From contig JBDRMS010000005.1 in NCBI GenBank assembly GCA_043811915.1, positions 41,300 to 105,299 on the forward strand: a stretch of 64,000 nucleotides of DNA, given 5' to 3'. Of this stretch, positions 49,871 to 59,043 are shown in pieces. The notes beneath the pieces were generated by a model. The model was not told the origin of the DNA, did not search any database, and saw nothing but the letters and a program-made list of their open reading frames with translations. Position numbers and translations under genes: made by a program. The first letter of the stretch is position 1, and the number at the start of each line of letters is the position of its first letter. The DNA is from a bacterium. Its GTDB lineage: Bacteria; Patescibacteriota; Andersenbacteria; UBA10190.

Positions 49871-50647
49871 TTAATTGCCATACCTACGCAGCTTATACAT
49901 ATTTCTGTCCTCTGCCAAAACTCTGTTAAGCCTGTCACTGCCCCAGTCATCACAAGCTGCGCTTATATTTCTTCCTCCCACTTCTTCTCTTGGCGACCGT
50001 GCCACCCAGTCGATGCAATCTAATACCTTATTTATGGGTGTCATCTCGCCTCCAGATAACATTTCCTTTGTCCGCTGCAGGTTGTCCCCCGCCCGCTCTC
50101 CCGCCCGCAAAGTTTCCTTATGAATTTTTGTTTTCACCCAGCCCGGCCCGATCACCGTAAAGCAGACATCGTTCATTTCCGCATCCAGCAGCTCCGCCAT
50201 TTTTATCAAGGCGATCTTCGACACCGTGTAAGCCGAGTAATTAATCGGCGCATTATTGACACCGCCCCCGGCAAACCATAACACCGTTGGACCGGTCGCC
50301 GTGGTCTTGGCTCTCACCGGCAGCAAGCCATGCACCAAGCGCATCTGTCTGACAAAGTTTATTAATACAGACCGCTCCCACTCATTTATATCGTTATCTG
50401 AAAATTTACCGATCGGCTCCAGGCTGCCGGGGCACATAACCAGTATCTCCCAACCTTTCCCTGTCTTCTGTAATTTCTCTGCCGCCTTGTCCACGCTAAC
50501 CGCGTCAGACAAATCACATCTGACATAGTCCGATTTTCCCAAAGACGTGCCCAGCACTTCAACCCCTTTTTTCATCCAGCGTTTCGCCAGCGCAGACCCT
50601 ATATCACTATCAATGCCGGCGATTACAGCCTTACGCAGCGTGAACAT
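49871..50647 (-). CDS. Short-chain dehydrogenase/reductase
   Basis: AGIDSDIG, YTVSK and PGWVKT motifs. Confidence 0.82.
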   Translation of the reverse strand: MFTLRKAVIAGIDSDIGSALAKRWMKKGVEVLGTSLGKSDYVRCDLSDAVSVDKAAEKLQKTGKGWEILVMCPGSLEPIGKFSDNDINEWERSVLINFVRQMRLVHGLLPVRAKTTATGPTVLWFAGGGVNNAPINYSAYTVSKIALIKMAELLDAEMNDVCFTVIGPGWVKTKIHKETLRAGERAGDNLQRTKEMLSGGEMTPINKVLDCIDWVARSPREEVGGRNISAACDDWGSDRLNRVLAEDRNMYKLRRYGN

Positions 50648-51626
50648 ATTCCAGCGACTGTTTCTTTATCTCCACCCAGTTTTCTTCTACCCAATCAATT
50701 GCTTCCGTAAGCCCCTGTGTCAGTAAAATCTCCGGCTGCCAGTTAAATTCACCCCTGGCCTTGCTCGAATCCAGCATATAGGCGTCGTCGTGTCCCATCC
50801 GCGCCCCCGCCTCTTCGGTCACCTTGCTAAAATCATAGCCCGTTATATCACAAATCTGCTTTACCAAATCTCTGATTCTAATAGTATCGTCCGGGGACAC
50901 ATGATAAACCTCGCCAGGTAGTCCCTTAAACATGCCCTCAACGTAAGCCCTGGCTACATCCCGCACGTGAATAAAAGATCGCACTGCTGTTCCACCTCCG
51001 TGTAATTGCAAGGTTTTACCTAGCTTTAAGTAAATAGCGGTTCGAGGAACAATTTTAAAAAGCTGCTGCCCCGCCCCGTAAACATTGCTGGCCCGCATAT
51101 AAACTACGGGGAAATGATAATTTTTATAGAAAGTGTTCAGCAGCAAATCAAAAGCCGCTTTAGACGCCGCGTACGGTGTAGATGGATTCAGCGGCGCCGT
51201 CTCATCAATCTTGCCCGTTACTGACCCATAAACCTCCGGCGTTGAAATTTGCGTGAATTTCTTCAGGCTCGGCAATTGCCGCAAAAAATCCGCCAACTCC
51301 GTCAGCGCCGTAACATTAGTCTGCATCCACTGCACCGGATTATCCCAACTCTGCGCCACTTCGCTCAAGGCTGCCAGGTTCATCACATAATCGGGTTGTT
51401 CTGATGCTAACACTACTTTCAAGGCGTCCATGTCCTTATTTATATCCGCCTTGAAAAAACGAAAGCTGGATAGATCGCGCTTAACATACGGCAGAAACAT
51501 CTCTGGCTTTTCCTCTCGATCAATTCCTAATACTTGATGCTTCCCCGCCGCCAGCAGTTCATCCACCACATAAGCCCCTGTAAACGAATTACACCCGATA
51601 ATAGCCACCTTGTGCATACAAACCAT
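50631..51626 (-). CDS. NDP-sugar 4,6-dehydratase-like
   Basis: GCNSFTG, STPEVYG, PSTPYAASK and RSFIHVRD motifs. Confidence 0.87.
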   Translation of the reverse strand: MVCMHKVAIIGCNSFTGAYVVDELLAAGKHQVLGIDREEKPEMFLPYVKRDLSSFRFFKADINKDMDALKVVLASEQPDYVMNLAALSEVAQSWDNPVQWMQTNVTALTELADFLRQLPSLKKFTQISTPEVYGSVTGKIDETAPLNPSTPYAASKAAFDLLLNTFYKNYHFPVVYMRASNVYGAGQQLFKIVPRTAIYLKLGKTLQLHGGGTAVRSFIHVRDVARAYVEGMFKGLPGEVYHVSPDDTIRIRDLVKQICDITGYDFSKVTEEAGARMGHDDAYMLDSSKARGEFNWQPEILLTQGLTEAIDWVEENWVEIKKQSLEYVHAA

Positions 51627-51682
51627 CTTATGATATCCTTTTCAGCTTGTACACTTCACACCAAATAATGGAGAATAAAAAC

Positions 51683-52540
51683 ATGAAGAACGTTCTGGAA
51701 ACACTTGAAGAAGCATGTCGAGCTGCAGGTAAAATTTCTCTGCCTCGGCAAGGTAATGTTGAAATCGCCGTTGTCAAGAGTGCGGGTGACTATGCCACCA
51801 CTTCCGATATCGACGCCGGCACCACTATGACAGCGATAATCAATGAGCAACTGCCCGACATTCCCATCGTCCCCGAGGAAAACAAGACCGACCAAGTAGA
51901 TGAGCAGTTCTGGGCCGAACGCCAAGCCATGCTCGACAACGGCACCTTCATCCTAATGGACGACCTTGACGCCACCGTCCGCTACCGCCACGGCGGCGAA
52001 GACTGGGGACACATACTTGGCCTAGTACAAAACAACGTCCTCACCCACTGTGCCATGTTCATGCCCGCCCGCGACGTCATGGTGTTAGCCGAACTCGACA
52101 AAGGTTGCTTCGTCAACGGCACGCAGGTACGTCTCAACCCAGACCTCAAGGTCCAGGACTCCCTACTGTGCATGACAGTCCACAAAGACGTTGACCTCGC
52201 CTTCCACCGCGACGTGGTTACCCCCATCGTCTACAGTGTTGGACCCGGCGGCTATGTCTGTTTTAACTCTAACATCGGCGGCGTGGTCAGATTGGTACAG
52301 GGCGAGCTGGGCGGTTTCATCGGCTGTGGCCACAACTGGGACTTTGTCGGTGCTCTGGCTGTTCAGGAGGCCAGCGGAATTGCCCTCTCACCCACTGGTC
52401 AGGAGCTGAATTGGAACAAAATCCCCATGGTCATGGTCGCCGCTGCCAACCGCCAAATTGCCAATGCTATGCTCGCCCACACTAGAGCCTACCTGCACTA
52501 CCAAGAACACTTCTGGGGCAACCCCAAATTTCAAAGCTGA
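51683..52540 (+). CDS. Inositol monophosphatase (FIG) family protein
   Basis: KSAGDYAT, PEE, DDLDAT and WDFVG...VQEASG motifs. Confidence 0.78.
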   Translation: MKNVLETLEEACRAAGKISLPRQGNVEIAVVKSAGDYATTSDIDAGTTMTAIINEQLPDIPIVPEENKTDQVDEQFWAERQAMLDNGTFILMDDLDATVRYRHGGEDWGHILGLVQNNVLTHCAMFMPARDVMVLAELDKGCFVNGTQVRLNPDLKVQDSLLCMTVHKDVDLAFHRDVVTPIVYSVGPGGYVCFNSNIGGVVRLVQGELGGFIGCGHNWDFVGALAVQEASGIALSPTGQELNWNKIPMVMVAAANRQIANAMLAHTRAYLHYQEHFWGNPKFQS

Positions 52541-52564
52541 ATTCTCTTGAGCTTTTACCTCACC

Positions 52565-52595
52565 CCGGCCGCCCATCCCGCGACCGGTTTTTTTT
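52565..52595 (+). terminator. Intrinsic terminator
   Basis: CCGGCCGC/GCGACCGG stem plus T8. Confidence 0.65.
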
Positions 52596-52680
52596 GACAA
52601 ATACTCCAAAATACTCAACACTAAACAGCCGTTCGTTGACAAACAAATAACCTCGTTCCTTTAGAAAAGGAGTGCGTTCA

Positions 52681-53904
52681 ATGGCATTCAATGCCTGGTA
52701 CCAACCCAACTGTCACGCCGAGCGTTTTGTCTTCGTTGGCTGCGTGCACAAGACCGATGCCAACATTCTTTCCCGCCTGGCCCAGGTCACCGCCAACCCG
52801 CCAGACTATCTGATTTTCACCGGCGACGTCACTGGTTCCGAAGAGCTGGAAGAGTTCAAACGTCTATTCTACAATCACGTCTACAACAGAGCCCGCCGCG
52901 AACTCGGCATCGGCACCTCCGCCGAGCAGAACATCACCTACGCCGAACTACTAGGCTATGTCGGCCACGACCCACCCAGCCCCGACCACACACTAGCCGA
53001 CGGCTACCGCGATTTGATGCACTACCAGTTGCGTCTTGAAGGCTTAAGCTCAACTGAAGCAGACAAACGTGTATCAACCCTAGAAAGCAACGAAATTGCC
53101 TACGGCATTCACCACATCGCCCGCGATTTCGAGTACTACGGCCCCTGGGTCAAAACTCTACCAGAAGCAGTCCGCCGCGGTGTGGTAGCCACCCTCAAGC
53201 AGGACGCCGAGAAGCTGGTCGCCGCCATCAAACCTATGCAGGACGCCGGCACCAAAATAATCATGGTCGGCGGCAATTGGGACGACGCGGGGAACACAGC
53301 CGACAACATGATCGGCGAGGGTATCGAAGTATTCGACACTATCCCATTCTTTCGCGAACACGGCATCGAGTTCTTTGACCAGATTGGATACCAAGTCACC
53401 AAACGAACCATCCTGGTGATCCTGCCGTACTGGGAATTACAAAACTTCACAGAAAAAAGCAGCACTAGGCTCGAGCATGCTATAGCTACAGCCGACAGGG
53501 AAAAACCCGGCAAAACTATTATCACTGTCGCTCACGGAGCACCTACTTGGCAAGTCCACAACCCCAACGCCGTTGACGAACCCACCGGAGACCGAAAGAC
53601 CATCATTGACACACTCGGCAGGCTCCTGGCCAGAATCGAGCCGGACGAAGTTATTCACGGACATGAGCACAACCCACTGAAGAGCAGCGTTGAAAACCCT
53701 CTTCCGCTCAACACCCACTACATATTGCAGACCGACGATGGCAAAACTCATCTTGTTGAAAATCGAAAACACTTCGGTCGGCCCGGCCAAATCATCGGCT
53801 CATACATTCCGTTCCAGCAATTTGGCATGTTGAACATTCCCCTGAAAACTGACTCCCGCCCCCGGCTGTTCAGCGGCGACCGAGAACCCGTCCACGTCTT
53901 TTGA
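52681..53904 (+). CDS. Calcineurin-like metallophosphoesterase with large helical insertion
   Basis: GCVH, TGDV, GNWD, AHG and HGHEH motifs. Confidence 0.75.
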   Translation: MAFNAWYQPNCHAERFVFVGCVHKTDANILSRLAQVTANPPDYLIFTGDVTGSEELEEFKRLFYNHVYNRARRELGIGTSAEQNITYAELLGYVGHDPPSPDHTLADGYRDLMHYQLRLEGLSSTEADKRVSTLESNEIAYGIHHIARDFEYYGPWVKTLPEAVRRGVVATLKQDAEKLVAAIKPMQDAGTKIIMVGGNWDDAGNTADNMIGEGIEVFDTIPFFREHGIEFFDQIGYQVTKRTILVILPYWELQNFTEKSSTRLEHAIATADREKPGKTIITVAHGAPTWQVHNPNAVDEPTGDRKTIIDTLGRLLARIEPDEVIHGHEHNPLKSSVENPLPLNTHYILQTDDGKTHLVENRKHFGRPGQIIGSYIPFQQFGMLNIPLKTDSRPRLFSGDREPVHVF

Positions 53905-53910
53905 ACCCTC

Positions 53911-53944
53911 AAACTCTGGCAGTCTTAACTCCCAGAGTTTTTTT
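53911..53944 (+). terminator. Terminator between convergent genes
   Basis: AAACTCTGG/CCAGAGTTT stem plus a T-run. Confidence 0.65.
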
Positions 53945-54992
53945 AAAACGGCCCGGTGAACGACTTATCCGGCACGTCGTGCGGCACCGCATTTTTCGCC
54001 TCCGCATTCTGCCAGCGTCTCCCTGACACCGCCTCCACTATCGTCCGATATGTCGGGTAATATTCCTTCGTCAGCGCCGGCGAAGACGGCGTCGGCATAT
54101 CCAGCAAGGCAATGCGCTGCGGCACTCTCTTTAACGATGCAAACATTTTCTCCGTTACCCGCGCTATAATTTCTCCGGCCGCCCCTCCCGTCTGCCAGCT
54201 CGAGTCGACTACTACGAGCCTGCCCGTCTTTTTCACCGAGGAAAAAATCATCTCGTCGTCCAGCGGCTTAATCGTCCTTAAATCAATTAAATCAACACCA
54301 ATTCCCTGATCTTTGAGTATTCGGGCTGCTCGCAATGCTTCAACTGTCATGTAAGAGCTGGCCACTATAGTCACATCACCGCCCTCATTAACAACTTTCG
54401 CCTTCCCCAGCGGCACTTGATATCTCCCCTCCGGCACCCTGCCCGAAAGCCCATGAATCCACCGGTGCTCCAGAAAAATCACCGGGTTATTGTCTTCAAT
54501 ACTGGCTAGCAGCAACCCTTTGGCATCATACGCCGTAGCCGGCATTACCACTTTCAAGCCCGGTATATGGGCAAACAACGCCTGTAAATTCTGTGAATGC
54601 TGCGCCCCTTGACCCCAACCACGTCCAATAATCATCCTGATAACCAATGGCACCGAAGACACCCCGCCAAACATAAAGTGCCACTTGGCCGCATTATTAA
54701 TAATCTGCTCCAGCGCATACAAAGAAAAATCTACCCGCTGATGCGTCATGATCGGCCGCAAACCTTTTAGCGCCGCCCCAATACACATGCCGGTAACAGC
54801 ATTTTCCGATACCGGCATGTCCATTACTCGTTTCTCCCCGTACTTTTCTTTCAAGCCCAGAGTGGTACCAAATATGCCCTTAGGGTCCGGCGTTCCTTCG
54901 CCAATAATAAACACTCTGTCATCAGCTGCCATGGCCTGGTCCATCGCCTCCCTAATCGCCTCCGCACATGTTATTTCCCGCTCACGGAGCAT
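53943..54992 (-). CDS. 2-oxoacid dehydrogenase E1 beta / transketolase C-terminal subunit
   Basis: DMPVSEN, GAQHSQ, PVIFLEHR and IDLRTIKPLD motifs. Confidence 0.9.
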   Translation of the reverse strand: MLREREITCAEAIREAMDQAMAADDRVFIIGEGTPDPKGIFGTTLGLKEKYGEKRVMDMPVSENAVTGMCIGAALKGLRPIMTHQRVDFSLYALEQIINNAAKWHFMFGGVSSVPLVIRMIIGRGWGQGAQHSQNLQALFAHIPGLKVVMPATAYDAKGLLLASIEDNNPVIFLEHRWIHGLSGRVPEGRYQVPLGKAKVVNEGGDVTIVASSYMTVEALRAARILKDQGIGVDLIDLRTIKPLDDEMIFSSVKKTGRLVVVDSSWQTGGAAGEIIARVTEKMFASLKRVPQRIALLDMPTPSSPALTKEYYPTYRTIVEAVSGRRWQNAEAKNAVPHDVPDKSFTGPF

Positions 54993-56007
54993 ATACGTCT
55001 TCTTCTAAAAGAGAGTCTTCCTCTGGAAACGGACTTTCTTTGGCAAACTCGACAGCCTTGTCAATCTCTTCATTGATTATTTTTTCCATATTAGCCAGCC
55101 CGAGACCACCCGTGCCCTTAAGCTTATTTAGCGGGTCTTTCTTCTTCCACGCCAAAAACTCCTCTTCTGTCCGATACCCTAAGTCATTGTCATAATTTGG
55201 TCCGCAGTGTTCACGCCAGCGGTAAGTTGCCAATTCCATAAACACGGGCCCTTTACCTCCTATAACATGCTGGCGTGCTTCCCGCGCCATGCCATACACT
55301 GCCACGGCATCATTTCCATCCCCGGCAAATACCCGCAAGCCATGCGCCGAAGCTATCCCCGTCAGCTCCCTCTTTGGCTGCCGCTCTTCAAGAGGAGTGT
55401 AAACCGAGTACAGATTGTTTTCGCACACATAAATAATTGGCAGTTTATGCAACACGGAAAAATTCATGCACTCATGCCACACTCCTTCTTCTGTTGCTCC
55501 CTCGCCCATAAAGACAACGGTGATGTATTGTTTGTCCTCTAGTTTTGCCGCCCAAGCCACACCCGTGGCTACAGGCACAATATTTGTCACAATTGGTGTT
55601 GAACCCAAAAAATTCACTGCTTGATCAATTAAATGCATGGACCCTCCTCTTCCCTGGCAGCAACCCGTGGCCTTGCCATAAATTTCCGCCAGCATTCTTT
55701 TTAAATCCCCGCCCTTAGCCAAATAATGTCCGTGCGCCCGATGCCCGCTCATCACCACATCCTCCGGTTCCAAAGCCTCACACACTCCCGCGGCACACGC
55801 CTCCTGCCCAATACACAAATGCACCGGGCATCTCATCTCCTGTTCGGAGTAAAGTTCTGCAATTCGTTCTTCAACTAAACGAATCCGGAGAACACTGTAA
55901 AGAAGTCGACGGGTGGCGCCGGGCGGGGGCCCCCCGCCGCGCGCCCGCAGCCGATGCGAGGACGCGCGGTGGGAGTGAAGACCGGCGACAGGACCCGTTG
56001 ACTTCAT
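54982..56007 (-). CDS. ThDP-dependent E1 alpha subunit (N-terminus encoded by a palindrome)
   Basis: PVHLCIGQEA, GRGGSMH, GEGATEEG...ENN and TYRWREH motifs. Confidence 0.9.
   Translation of the reverse strand: MKSTGPVAGLHSHRASSHRLRARGGGPPPGATRRLLYSVLRIRLVEERIAELYSEQEMRCPVHLCIGQEACAAGVCEALEPEDVVMSGHRAHGHYLAKGGDLKRMLAEIYGKATGCCQGRGGSMHLIDQAVNFLGSTPIVTNIVPVATGVAWAAKLEDKQYITVVFMGEGATEEGVWHECMNFSVLHKLPIIYVCENNLYSVYTPLEERQPKRELTGIASAHGLRVFAGDGNDAVAVYGMAREARQHVIGGKGPVFMELATYRWREHCGPNYDNDLGYRTEEEFLAWKKKDPLNKLKGTGGLGLANMEKIINEEIDKAVEFAKESPFPEEDSLLEEDVYAP
55902..56005. repeat. 104-nt GC-rich hairpin element inside the 5' end of E1 alpha
   Basis: Stems 55902-14/55993-56005, 55917-22/55982-87 and 55933-43/55963-73. 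Confidence 0.8.
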
Positions 56008-57020
56008 ACCAATGCCTCCGCAGCCAACGACTGCATCATTTTGATATTAAAATACTTAGCATCATCCAGAGAATTTGGTATTTTACCCGCCTTGAATGCC
56101 ATCACCAAATCCGCCACCGCGTCTTCGATATTTCTCTTCGGCTCAAAGCCCAGCACCCGTTTTATTTTTTCTGATGAAATATGATACGAACGTACATCAT
56201 CCGACTTTGTAGTTTTAATTTCCATTTTTCCCAGCTCCGGCATCAGCTTCATCACCACTCGCCGCACTATTTCCGCTAATTCGGCCACCGTATAATTCTG
56301 ATAGCCGGCGTTGAACGCCTGCCCGGCAATTTTTTCTTTCGGTGCAGTCAACAGCTGCACATACAAATCCGTAATATCCTCGATATGAATATTCGGCCGC
56401 ATTTGTTTGCCGCCAAAAACCGTAATTATCTTATTATTCACGGCATGATTCGTTAAAATATTCACAGTTAGATCAAGTCGCATCCGGGGCGAATATCCGC
56501 ACACCGTAGCCGGACGAATCGATACCACCGTGAAATCATCTGTCTGCTCCTCCCACATAATATCTTCACACATGCTTTTAAAGCGATTGTAATCCGTAAT
56601 CGGCACATGAGGATGCTCTTCAGTCACGTTCAGTTTGTCGCTTATTCCGTAAACGCTGGAGCTGGCCGCAAAAATAAAACGTTTCACCCCGTGCTCTTTA
56701 CATTGCCGGATCAAAGGACGAAAAGCGTCATAATTTATGGACCGGCCAAGCTTCGGGTCCAACTCCACACTAGGATCATTGGAAATACAGGCCAAGTGAA
56801 TCACGGCTTGCACGCCCGGCAACAAACTGTCCACTAACTTACCGTCCCTAATATCTCCCTTTACCTCTCGTAAATTCGGATGCCCTTCCAACACATCATC
56901 CCCATATATATACCAATCTAATACTGTCACCTTATATCCTGCCCGCAGCAATTTTGGTACTAGTACAGCCCCCTTATACCCCGCCCCGCCCGTTACCAAC
57001 ACATTCGACATTTCTTTCAT
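56004..57020 (-). CDS. NAD-dependent nucleotide-sugar epimerase/dehydratase
   Basis: VTGGAGYKG, HLACISND, YNRFK and RMRLDLTVN motifs. Confidence 0.9.
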   Translation of the reverse strand: MKEMSNVLVTGGAGYKGAVLVPKLLRAGYKVTVLDWYIYGDDVLEGHPNLREVKGDIRDGKLVDSLLPGVQAVIHLACISNDPSVELDPKLGRSINYDAFRPLIRQCKEHGVKRFIFAASSSVYGISDKLNVTEEHPHVPITDYNRFKSMCEDIMWEEQTDDFTVVSIRPATVCGYSPRMRLDLTVNILTNHAVNNKIITVFGGKQMRPNIHIEDITDLYVQLLTAPKEKIAGQAFNAGYQNYTVAELAEIVRRVVMKLMPELGKMEIKTTKSDDVRSYHISSEKIKRVLGFEPKRNIEDAVADLVMAFKAGKIPNSLDDAKYFNIKMMQSLAAEALV

Positions 57021-57085
57021 CCCGTCATTCTAACCTTAATTTACACCTTGTACCAAATCGCCCGCTCTTGGTACGGTAATCTGAC

Positions 57086-59008
57086 ATGCTTTCATCCATA
57101 TCCATAATAATACCCACTTACAACCGAGCTAATTACCTGAAAACACTAATTAACCAGCTTCTAACCCAATCACAGCCTCCTCATGAAATCATCATCGTCG
57201 ACGACCATTCAACGGATAACACAGTTAATTATCTAAAAAACCTCACTCGGCAATCTCCGCGCGTTAAATACATACTCAACCAGGGCCATCATCAAAGAGA
57301 CGCAAAAAAGACCGGGCTAAAATATGCCACCGGAGAATATATTGGCTTTTTCGACGACGATGCCGAAATCGAAGACAACGACTTTCTAGCCAGGCTTATC
57401 CCCCATCTCAACCCCGGACGCGTCATTCAAGCCAAAGTTATTCTCGAACAAATGGGCCGGGTAAATCGCCCCGACATAACCTGGAAAGATATTCTAGCCA
57501 CCCGTCCTTTCCCCATCCTGGAACTTGTCACCTCAAACTTTAACTGCGGCACAAAACGCCGAACTATTTTTCCTCTAATCGAATGGGGTAACTTCTGGCA
57601 TCACTCTCTCAAAGACTACTTTATTGACGACAACCTCATCAAAGACGGCTACGGCGAAAGCTACAGTGCATCCCTCAAGCTATACCGCGCCGGCGTCAAG
57701 CTCTTAATTGAACCCTCGCTCGTTATTCGTCATATTGGCGCTCCCACCGGCGGCTCACACAAATTCAACAAAAAAAACATGCTGCGCGATTTCACTAAAT
57801 TTCACTACGGCTACTTCTACAACATGATTTATCTGCATCGCCGCTTTTTTTCCCGCTGGGTTTGGCTGTGGTTGCCATTTTTCGTCCTCAAATCTCTCAT
57901 CGCTCTGACTATAAACTGGAACTTAAAAGGGTGGTATGAATATGCATATAAACCAATCGCGGCGGCCGGGAAAACCCCGGAGGTCGCCATACCCAAGCTG
58001 TTTGTCTGGCAAGGCGCCTTCCGTGGCGGCGCCGAATACATCACTTTATCTGCCGCCAAACACTTCTCTCGACAAGGCCTCGACGTCACCCTTGGCGTCT
58101 ACAAGAAAAATCCTTCAATGCCAATCAAACAAATAGTTTTCCCAGAATATAAACTAATCCCCCAGTCTTTTCGTTCTTTTATTAACTCACTTAATTTCCG
58201 CCTCCGCTACGCCAAAAACTTCTCCGCCGTCTATGCCCACACTTTGGGCGCCTGGAAAACCAAAAACAATAAAGTTTTCATCCACGACGCCGCCGACCTG
58301 GACGATAAGCTATCCCAAACTGTCAGCTTCTGGCAAAAACTAGCTTATCGCCTCTGGCGTTTTCTTTATTTTCACCTCTCCCTCAAACCTGCCACCGCTA
58401 TCTTCTCCGCCACACCCGAATTCTCCTCTTATCTGCGCCGCCACGGCCTTGGTTCCAAACACATTGCCCCCAGTGGTTCTTTCTACAACGATCGCATCCA
58501 CCGTTACATCAAACGTACTCTGCCCATCAGACCAATAAAGCTTATCTTTATTGGCGATTACCATTCTCCTGCTAAAAATTTTTCACTAGTCAAAAAAATA
58601 TTCTATAAAAATAATGATTACTTTGTCACTATCACCGGCGGCAACCAGCCATATTGCGATGCCAACTTCAACTACCCGGGCTGGCTTAGTCCAGAAGAGC
58701 TTCAAGCTGCCTTAGCTAAATCGCACATTTTTTTTATGCCCTCCACGTCCGAAGGCTTTTCCATCGCTTTACTCGAAGCCCTGGCCACTGGTATTCCCTG
58801 CCTCGTCAACCAAAGCGTCATTCCTTCACCTCTAAAAACTGTCAGTAATATAGTCCCATATCAATCAGTCAGTGAAGTTCTGCCCAAAATCAATACCACT
58901 ATAAATAATTATTCCCACTACAACATCTTTGACCCTCGTCTCAAACAATTTGCAGAAGAAACCGTCCTCCGAAAAGAATGCAATATAATTAAAAGATACG
59001 TCGTCTAA
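57086..59008 (+). CDS. Fused GT2 + GT4 glycosyltransferase
   Basis: N-terminal IPTYNR/VDDHSTD/DDD; C-terminal EGFSIALLEALATGIP. Confidence 0.85.
   Translation: MLSSISIIIPTYNRANYLKTLINQLLTQSQPPHEIIIVDDHSTDNTVNYLKNLTRQSPRVKYILNQGHHQRDAKKTGLKYATGEYIGFFDDDAEIEDNDFLARLIPHLNPGRVIQAKVILEQMGRVNRPDITWKDILATRPFPILELVTSNFNCGTKRRTIFPLIEWGNFWHHSLKDYFIDDNLIKDGYGESYSASLKLYRAGVKLLIEPSLVIRHIGAPTGGSHKFNKKNMLRDFTKFHYGYFYNMIYLHRRFFSRWVWLWLPFFVLKSLIALTINWNLKGWYEYAYKPIAAAGKTPEVAIPKLFVWQGAFRGGAEYITLSAAKHFSRQGLDVTLGVYKKNPSMPIKQIVFPEYKLIPQSFRSFINSLNFRLRYAKNFSAVYAHTLGAWKTKNNKVFIHDAADLDDKLSQTVSFWQKLAYRLWRFLYFHLSLKPATAIFSATPEFSSYLRRHGLGSKHIAPSGSFYNDRIHRYIKRTLPIRPIKLIFIGDYHSPAKNFSLVKKIFYKNNDYFVTITGGNQPYCDANFNYPGWLSPEELQAALAKSHIFFMPSTSEGFSIALLEALATGIPCLVNQSVIPSPLKTVSNIVPYQSVSEVLPKINTTINNYSHYNIFDPRLKQFAEETVLRKECNIIKRYVV
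57961..57988 (+). repeat. Intragenic hairpin element, internally deleted copy at the GT2/GT4 junction
   Basis: GCGGCCGGGAAAACCC (57962-77) is identical to 61213-28; ends in GGAGGTCGCC versus GGAGGCCGCC. Confidence 0.75.
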
Positions 59009-59009
59009 C

Positions 59010-59040
59010 AGCTATTCAAACCTCCGAGGTTTGAATAGCT
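59010..59040. repeat. 31-bp palindrome AGCTATTCAAACCTC-C-GAGGTTTGAATAGCT between convergent stop codons
   Basis: Perfect 15-bp arms; shares ATTCAAAC/GTTTGAAT with the transposase-flanking palindromes. Confidence 0.8.
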
Positions 59041-59043
59041 CTG

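Noticed and set aside
52631-52642. boxA-like leader GTTCGTTGACAA (similar sequence near 21828-21840 on the minus strand)
   Set aside because: The match is too degenerate and could equally be a -35 element; not supportable without a genome-wide test.
47194-56007. Housekeeping ilvB and pdhAB
   Set aside because: No regulatory subunit, ilvC, E2 or E3 in the window; the context is nucleotide-sugar biosynthesis, so no symbols were assigned.
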